DNA from: an uncultured Bacteroidota bacterium
Lineage (GTDB): Bacteria; Bacteroidota; Bacteroidia; Flavobacteriales; Flavobacteriaceae
Assembly: GCA_902561795.1 (NCBI GenBank)
Contig: CACERG010000003.1
Span: 13,693 to 77,692, forward strand
DNA: 64,000 nt
Reading direction: 5' to 3'
A program made the translations under genes and the position numbers. The notes beneath the pieces were generated by a model, which saw nothing but the letters and a program-made list of their open reading frames with translations, had not been told where the DNA came from and made no database searches. Shown here one piece after another: positions 57,930 through 64,000 of this stretch (the first letter of the stretch is position 1; each line of letters opens with the position of its first letter).

Positions 57930-59155
57930 TCAATTTTTTCTGAATTGAGCTCAAAAACATCAGTAATTAAATCTATAGTCTGCTCAGCTTGGTTTGGGTT
58001 TTCCCTAATGTAAGCGGCAATTTGTCCCGTAATTTTTTGTGCAATTCTCTGCTTTCTTTGAAAACCAAAACAGTTATTCAGATAAACTTTTAGTTCGCTT
58101 TCTTTTTTTTCTGAAGTAATTATTTTCTCTTTAAATGCATTAAGCGCAGGGATATATTTCCTGTGTTTAATCCAGCATAGAAACTCATCCTTAATCTCGT
58201 TTAAAATTAACTCAGCTTTAGGAATATATCTTTTTCTTATTTCAAAAGTAGCATCAGTAATTTGCGAAAGTTCGTCTAAATGAATCACTTTAACATTTTC
58301 AATTTCATTAATTTTTGTATCTACATTTCTAGGGATTGAAAGATCAAGTATAAGTAGAGGTTTGCTATTGTGAATTAATTCTTTAGAAATTGTTGGGTTC
58401 TGAGCTCCTGTTGCAACTATAAGTATATCTGCTTCATGAATGCAAGAGGTTAGCTCAGAAAAAGGTTTTACAACAACAGGAAATTTATTAGCAATTTTAT
58501 CTGCCCGAGATTGGGTTCTATTAATTAAAGTAATTTGGTCATTTTGAGTGTGTTTTATAAGGTTTTTGCATGTGTTAGCCCCTATTTTGCCTGTGCCAAA
58601 AAGCAGAATATTTTTTTTTGATATGTTCTGGGTATTTTTAAGAATATATTGGACTGAAGCAAATGCTACAGAGGTTGCACCACTTGAGATTTTTGTCTCG
58701 GTTTTTATTCGCTTGCTAGCATTAATAACAGCATTTATGAAATGCTCCAAATATCCTTCAGCTAAGCCCATTTTTTTTGAGCGAAAAAAACTTTGCCTTA
58801 TTTGACTAATAATTTCAAAATCACCGAGTATTTGGCTTTCTAACCCAGTTCCTACACGAAAGACATGATTTATACCGACTTCACCTTTAAGTGTGTATCC
58901 AATTTGTTCAAAAGACTTTTTATCTCCATCACTATGATCACAAAGTAGATTTATTAGAATTTTGGAATCTGGCACCCAAGCATATAGTTCAGTACGATTA
59001 CATGTATTAACAACAATTAGATCCTTGATTTTTTGTTTTTGGGCTTCTAAAAATAACGCGTGATGTTGTGTGTCATTTATACTAAATTTACCTCTAAGAT
59101 CAATATTTGCAGTTTTGTAACTTACACCTACTACAAAAAAATGATGCATATCCAT
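57926..59155 (-). CDS. hemA: glutamyl-tRNA reductase
   Basis: 409 aa. Catalytic-cysteine motif NTCNRTELY and the NADPH fold LFGTGKIG. Confidence 0.9.
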   Translation of the reverse strand: MDMHHFFVVGVSYKTANIDLRGKFSINDTQHHALFLEAQKQKIKDLIVVNTCNRTELYAWVPDSKILINLLCDHSDGDKKSFEQIGYTLKGEVGINHVFRVGTGLESQILGDFEIISQIRQSFFRSKKMGLAEGYLEHFINAVINASKRIKTETKISSGATSVAFASVQYILKNTQNISKKNILLFGTGKIGANTCKNLIKHTQNDQITLINRTQSRADKIANKFPVVVKPFSELTSCIHEADILIVATGAQNPTISKELIHNSKPLLILDLSIPRNVDTKINEIENVKVIHLDELSQITDATFEIRKRYIPKAELILNEIKDEFLCWIKHRKYIPALNAFKEKIITSEKKESELKVYLNNCFGFQRKQRIAQKITGQIAAYIRENPNQAEQTIDLITDVFELNSEKID

Positions 59156-59335
59156 TATTCAATTCTATCAAAATCCATTGCAAACTTAAGACACATTAAT
59201 TAAAAAAAATAACGCTAAAAAGTTTTTAAATAGCTGATAAAGTTTTAAGGTAAAAAAACTCAAAAATCAAATTAATGCAATAGTTTTGCATGAAATTATT
59301 CGATTAATTGAATATAGCCTAATTGATTTATAGAT

Positions 59336-60217
59336 ATGAAAAATAACGGTATAAGTTCTTCCTATAACACTGAGATTGAATCCGGTTTTTATGTTTTGCG
59401 ATTCAAGAATGATACTGAAAGAATTATAAGAAAGAAACATCCTGTAAATCAAGATGTTATTCAATTTCATTTTTGCTTGAAGGGACAAACTAATTTTAGT
59501 TTTAATAATGGGAACTACTCATTTCAGGTGCGAGAAGAGCACTCAATGCTACTATATAATCCACAAAAACCATTACCTATTAATGTAGAATTGTCACCAG
59601 ACACATGGATGGTGAGTATTTTAATTTCAATTTCGAAATTCCATTCTTTATTTTCCTCTGATGCAGACCATATATCATTTTTGAGTTTTGAAAATAGAAC
59701 AAAAAAATATTATGATAATCAACTATTTACTTCATCCATAGCTGTTGTTTTAAGTCAAATATTACAATTAAAAATACATGATAGTATCAGATCACTCTAT
59801 ATTAAGGGAAAAGTATATGAACTATTAAGTCTTTATTTCAATAAAAGTGAAGACCCTTCAACAGAAAAATGTCCTTTTTTAATTGACGAGGAGAACGTTC
59901 AGAAAATTAGAGCAGCAAAAGATATCATTTTAAAACGAATGACTGATCCACCATCACTTGATGAATTAGCATCTGAAATTGGTCTTTCACTTAAAAAATT
60001 AAAAGATGGATTTAAACAAATCTACGGGGATACTGTCTTTGCATATTTGCTAGATCATAAAATGGATGAGGCAAGAAAAATGCTTGAATCACAAAAATAT
60101 AATGTTAACGAGGTGGGCTTAAAACTAGGTTATAGTACTTCAAGTCACTTCATTAACGCTTTTAAAAAGAAGTACGGAACAACACCAAAGAAATATTTGG
60201 GTTCTGTATCTTCGTAA
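59336..60217 (+). CDS. AraC family transcriptional regulator
   Basis: 293 aa. C-terminal double HTH (…LASEIGLSLKKLKDGFKQIYG… and …VGLKLGYSTSSHFINAFKKKYGTTP). Divergent from hemA. Confidence 0.85.
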   Translation: MKNNGISSSYNTEIESGFYVLRFKNDTERIIRKKHPVNQDVIQFHFCLKGQTNFSFNNGNYSFQVREEHSMLLYNPQKPLPINVELSPDTWMVSILISISKFHSLFSSDADHISFLSFENRTKKYYDNQLFTSSIAVVLSQILQLKIHDSIRSLYIKGKVYELLSLYFNKSEDPSTEKCPFLIDEENVQKIRAAKDIILKRMTDPPSLDELASEIGLSLKKLKDGFKQIYGDTVFAYLLDHKMDEARKMLESQKYNVNEVGLKLGYSTSSHFINAFKKKYGTTPKKYLGSVSS

Positions 60218-60227
60218 AAAATTGAAA

Positions 60228-61259
60228 ATGAAAGGAGTTCTACTTGTCAATCTGGGTTCACCAGATAGCACAGAGAGAAATGATGTCAGGGATTATCTAG
60301 ATGAGTTTTTGATGGATGAAAGGGTAATAGATTTACCCAAATGGTTTAGAAGTTTTTTAGTAAAAGGGATAATATTAAAAACCCGTCCAAAGAAATCAGC
60401 TGAAGCATACAAGAAAATTTGGTGGAAAGAAGGGTCTCCTTTGATTGTACTTTCTAAGAGATTAATGGATAAAGTTCAAAGTAGAGTGTCAGTACCTGTA
60501 ACTCTTGCGATGCGATATGGAAATCCTACAATCAAAAAGGGCATGGAGATCTTGGTAAATAAGGGTGTTAAACACATTCTAATTATCCCACTCTATCCAC
60601 AGTTTGCAATGGCAACTACCGAAACAATATTAGTCTTAGCGGAACAAATACAAAATGAATTTTTCCCTGATTTAGAACTCACCTCACTGCCCCCTTTTTA
60701 TAATCATCCAGACTATATAAAGGTTTTAGGGAACTCAATTCAAGAAGCACTCCAAGGAAAGAATTGGGATCATTTATTATTTTCCTACCATGGTGTACCA
60801 AATAGGCACATAAGAAAATCTGATATTACAGGAACACATTGTAAAATGAACGGTAAATGTTGTTTTGAGGAATCACCAGCACATAAATACTGTTATAAGC
60901 ATCAATGTGAGATGACTTCTATAAAAGTTGCTGAATTTTTAAATCTAAAAAAGGGGAGTTATTCGACTAGTTTTCAATCTCGTGTTTCGATTTTAGGCAA
61001 ATGGTTAAAACCCTACACTGATAAGACTGTCGAAAAATTTGCAAAATCTGGAGTTAAAGAACTAGCGATTGCAACTCCTGCCTTTATTTCAGATTGCTTA
61101 GAAACTTTAGAAGAAATTGGAATGGAAGCAGCTGAAGATTTTGAAGATAATGGAGGTAAAAATTTACATGTAATACCATGTATTAATGATAGAGAAGAAT
61201 GGGTAAATGTGCTTAGCCGTTGGATAGATGAATGGGCACATTTGAAGGTTGAAAAATGA
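60228..61259 (+). CDS. hemH: ferrochelatase
   Basis: 343 aa counted from MKGVLLVNLGSPDS. Motifs PLYPQF, SYHGVP and SDCLETLEE. The TTG start at 60222 in the ORF track is not needed. Confidence 0.9.
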   Translation: MKGVLLVNLGSPDSTERNDVRDYLDEFLMDERVIDLPKWFRSFLVKGIILKTRPKKSAEAYKKIWWKEGSPLIVLSKRLMDKVQSRVSVPVTLAMRYGNPTIKKGMEILVNKGVKHILIIPLYPQFAMATTETILVLAEQIQNEFFPDLELTSLPPFYNHPDYIKVLGNSIQEALQGKNWDHLLFSYHGVPNRHIRKSDITGTHCKMNGKCCFEESPAHKYCYKHQCEMTSIKVAEFLNLKKGSYSTSFQSRVSILGKWLKPYTDKTVEKFAKSGVKELAIATPAFISDCLETLEEIGMEAAEDFEDNGGKNLHVIPCINDREEWVNVLSRWIDEWAHLKVEK

Positions 61260-62596
61260 GAGGAGTCAATAAAGAACCATTAGGATCTCTTCCAATATCT
61301 AAACTTTTGATTCAGCAGTCAATTCCAGCTTCTATTGGAATCTTGGTTATGTCTTTAAATATTCTAATTGACACAGTTTTTGTAGGTCAATGGATTGGTT
61401 CAGATGCAATAGCCGCTATAAATGTAGTTTTACCAGTTTCTTTTTTTATTGCAGCACTAGGTATGTCAATTGGGGTTGGAGGCGGATCAATTATTTCTAG
61501 AAGTTTGGGAGAAAAAAACATCCTAAAAGCTGAACAAACTTTTGGAAACCAAATTACTTTAACATTAATTCTTACAGTTTTACTTGTGATTTATGGTTTG
61601 CTATATGCAAATCAAATTATTCCTCTTTTTGGAGGAAAAGGGACATTATTTACTCTTGCTAAAACTTATTATGTAATTGTTATGTATGGAGTTCCTGTTT
61701 TGGCTTTTTGCATGATGGCCAACAATACAATTAGAGCTGAAGGTAAACCAAAAAATGCAATGTATGCGATGCTTTTACCTTCAATATCTAATCTTACTCT
61801 TGATTATATTTTTATCAAGGTTTTTGATTGGGGTATGATGGGAGCAGCGTGGGCTACAACAATATCTTATGGTGTTTGTGCTTTATACATCTTATATTTT
61901 TTTGTTTCGAAAAAGTCTATTTTAAGATTAAAACTTAATTGTTTTAACTTTAACTTAAGTCTAGTTAGAGAAATTTCTTCCTTAGGTTCGGTTACTTTAA
62001 TCAGGCAGGCAATGGTTAGTGTCACTGTTTTATTGGTAAATAACATGCTTTTTGTGATAGGAGGAGAATCTGCAATTACAGTATATGCAATCATAAGTAG
62101 AATGTTGATGTTTGCCTCCTTCCCAATTTTTGGAATTACACAAGGATTTTTACCAATAGCAGGCTATAACTATGGTGCTAAAAATTGGAAACGTGTTCAT
62201 ACCACTATTAAAACCTCGATTTTATATGCTAGTACTCTAGCTACATTTGTTTTAGTAGCAATTATATTTTTTTCTGAATTAATACCTCAAGTTTTTTCGA
62301 AAAACATACAAGTGACCGAACAAGCTCCAATAGCATTACGATACGTTTTTATGGCGTTGCCAATTGTGGGAATCCAACTTATTGGGTCAGCTTATTTTCA
62401 AGCTATTGGGAAAGCAAAACCTGCCCTTTTACTTACATTGAGCCGCCAAGCATTTTTCTTTATACCACTACTTTTTTCTTTACCTTTATTTTTTGGTACA
62501 TTGGGTGTTTGGCTTGCTTTTCCATTAGCAGACTTACTTGCAACTATAGTTACAGTCTACTTTCTTAATAAGGCAATTCGAAAAGAATTAATATAG
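61256..62596 (+). CDS. MATE family efflux transporter
   Basis: 446 aa with 12 TM helices and MATE-like repeats. Its ATG overlaps the hemH stop (ATGA). Confidence 0.8.
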   Translation: MRGVNKEPLGSLPISKLLIQQSIPASIGILVMSLNILIDTVFVGQWIGSDAIAAINVVLPVSFFIAALGMSIGVGGGSIISRSLGEKNILKAEQTFGNQITLTLILTVLLVIYGLLYANQIIPLFGGKGTLFTLAKTYYVIVMYGVPVLAFCMMANNTIRAEGKPKNAMYAMLLPSISNLTLDYIFIKVFDWGMMGAAWATTISYGVCALYILYFFVSKKSILRLKLNCFNFNLSLVREISSLGSVTLIRQAMVSVTVLLVNNMLFVIGGESAITVYAIISRMLMFASFPIFGITQGFLPIAGYNYGAKNWKRVHTTIKTSILYASTLATFVLVAIIFFSELIPQVFSKNIQVTEQAPIALRYVFMALPIVGIQLIGSAYFQAIGKAKPALLLTLSRQAFFFIPLLFSLPLFFGTLGVWLAFPLADLLATIVTVYFLNKAIRKELI

Positions 62597-62670
62597 TGCT
62601 ATAAACTAAATTAACATCTAAATAGAATATAATTTTATAATTTTAGTGATAGTGAAAACATTAAAAGAAT

Positions 62671-64000
62671 ATGAAGCCTAAGTTTTGTAATTATTTATTT
62701 GCCTATTTGTTTCTATTTTTCCTTTCTAATAATTTAACAAATGGTCAATCGAAAAGAGTATCTAAGAAAGACATAATCAAAATTTCTGAAAGCAACTATG
62801 AATCATTAAAATATCGTTCCATAGGGCCACATAGAGGTGGTCGTTCGTCAGCTGTAACGGGAGTGCCTGGAAAACCAAACTTATTTTATTTTGGTTCTGC
62901 AGGAGGCGGTATTTGGAAAACCGTTGACGGAGGAGATACCTACGAAAATATCTCAGATGGTTTTTTTGGAGGTAGTATAGGTTCTGTATCCGTTTCAAAG
63001 AGTGATCCTAATGTTATTTATGTCGGTGGAGGCGAGGTGACACTCAGGGGAAACGTTTCATCCGGATATGGTGTTTGGAAAAGTGTTAATGCAGGTAGGA
63101 CTTGGTCTTTTTCAGGATTGCCTAAATCTAGACATATACCTAGAATTGTTATTGATCCTAAAAACCATGATATTGTTTATGCTGCTGTGTTGGGTAATAT
63201 ATATAAACCAACAGAAGATAGGGGTGTGTATAAAAGTGTAGACGGCGGACAATCTTGGAATAGACTTCTTTTTTCAAATAAACATTCTGGTGCAGTTGAA
63301 TTAGTAATTGATCCCTCAAATCCTAGAATACTATACGCTTCGACATGGAGAGTTAACAGAACTCCTTATAATTTTAATAGTGGTGGTGAGGGTTCTGCAT
63401 TATGGAAAAGCACTGATCAAGGTAAAACTTGGAAAAAGATAAGTACTAATAAGGGTTTTGCTGTTGGTGTTTTAGGTATTATTGGAGTTACCGTTTCCCC
63501 AGTAAATCCTCAAAAAATTTGGGCAATTGTTGAAAATGAAACTAGCGGTGGAGTTTACCGCTCGGATGACGGTGGGTTATCTTGGTCTTATATTAACTCT
63601 AGTAGGTCACTCAGGCAACGTGCATGGTATTATTCAAAAATTTATGCAGATACACAAGATGAGGATATTGTATATGTTATGAATGCATCTTACCATAAAT
63701 CAAAAGATGGAGGAAAAACTTTTGAAAGTCATGACGCGCCACATGGTGATCATCATGATTTGTGGATAGCACCAGAGAACAATCAGAGAATGATTATTGG
63801 AGATGATGGAGGAGCTCAAATTACATATGATGGTGGAGAAACATGGAGTACCTATTATAATCAGCCAACAGCTCAATTTTATAGGGTAACAACTGATAAT
63901 TCTTTTCCTTACAGAATATACTCAGCTCAGCAGGATAATACAACATTAAGAATAAGACATCGATCTTCTGGAAACGGAATATCAGAAGATGATTGGGAAC
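62671..64000 (+). CDS. secreted BNR/Asp-box repeat (sortilin/VPS10-like) beta-propeller protein, 5' part (runs off window)
   Basis: The frame is open from the ATG at 62671 to the end of the window. Signal peptide [19 protein letters not shown]. Asp-box motifs recur: [54 protein letters not shown] and YDGGETW. It is absent from the ORF track because there is no stop in the window. Confidence 0.8.
   Translation, partial: MKPKFCNYLFAYLFLFFLSNNLTNGQSKRVSKKDIIKISESNYESLKYRSIGPHRGGRSSAVTGVPGKPNLFYFGSAGGGIWKTVDGGDTYENISDGFFGGSIGSVSVSKSDPNVIYVGGGEVTLRGNVSSGYGVWKSVNAGRTWSFSGLPKSRHIPRIVIDPKNHDIVYAAVLGNIYKPTEDRGVYKSVDGGQSWNRLLFSNKHSGAVELVIDPSNPRILYASTWRVNRTPYNFNSGGEGSALWKSTDQGKTWKKISTNKGFAVGVLGIIGVTVSPVNPQKIWAIVENETSGGVYRSDDGGLSWSYINSSRSLRQRAWYYSKIYADTQDEDIVYVMNASYHKSKDGGKTFESHDAPHGDHHDLWIAPENNQRMIIGDDGGAQITYDGGETWSTYYNQPTAQFYRVTTDNSFPYRIYSAQQDNTTLRIRHRSSGNGISEDDWE

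Noticed and set aside
1-64000. CRISPR arrays, IS elements or transposases, integrases, prophage genes, rRNA, riboswitches, and known defence systems (RM, TA, Abi, CBASS and similar).
   Set aside because: I looked for regularly spaced repeats, DDE or tyrosine/serine recombinase motifs, GC-rich structured leaders, and hallmark ATPase or nuclease motifs in all listed ORFs. None was found.

Overview
This is a low-GC chromosomal segment of a Bacteroidota, almost certainly a Flavobacteriia member. The evidence is T9SS type A and type B C-terminal sorting domains, a Bacteroidetes-type sdhCAB operon, TAnnTTTG-like -7 boxes, A-rich leaders without Shine-Dalgarno sequences, and MKK...FSQ/SAQ signal peptides.

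The housekeeping flanks are clear:
- 1-16.3 kb: sdhCAB, an M24 Xaa-Pro aminopeptidase, an MFS transporter, feoAB plus a small Cys-rich partner, SCO1, rseP, a SOUL-family protein, and a 1545-aa T9SS-secreted M4 metalloprotease co-transcribed with a lipoprotein.
- 34.4-64 kb: esterases and phosphoesterases, a protein of more than 1929 aa that combines 26-residue (DUF285-type) repeats, Ig-like domains, TSP3 repeats and a T9SS type B domain, a sarcosine-oxidase-like enzyme, and a beta-lactamase-fold hydrolase.
- The same flank also carries a complete four-gene trans-4-hydroxy-L-proline catabolic operon, a heme biosynthesis cluster (hemB, hemF-E-D-C-A, an AraC regulator, hemH), a MATE pump and a truncated BNR/sortilin-like gene.

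The unusual part lies between tRNA-Asn(GUU) at 16453 and tRNA-Arg(CCU) at 34320. This ~18 kb accessory block has no integrase in view and is bracketed by a diverged direct repeat.
- Its core (18.2-28.9 kb) is a head-to-tail array of about a dozen short, mostly monocistronic + strand genes.
- At least ten of these genes carry their own copy of a homologous non-coding promoter/5'-leader module. The consensus is CATATCCTCTTCATTAAATTTAGGGACTAATTTGTATATTG-N7-TTAACCATAAATCAATTAAA-ATG.
- Several also have a homologous CCCTCC/GGAGGG hairpin terminator.
- The gene products come from unrelated families: secreted NTF2/SnoaL-like proteins x4, an unrecognisable two-lobed secreted family x4, DUF4242, hemolysin III, a cysteine-synthase-like enzyme, a TAT metallophosphoesterase, DUF1330 and others.
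- The array also hides an unannotated 29-codon ORF with 11 cysteines (metallothionein-like), convergent with a small RHH-like regulator that has a perfect palindrome upstream.

No CRISPR array, transposase, integrase, rRNA or recognisable defence system was seen. All functional calls rest on my reading of motifs in the translations. No database search was possible.
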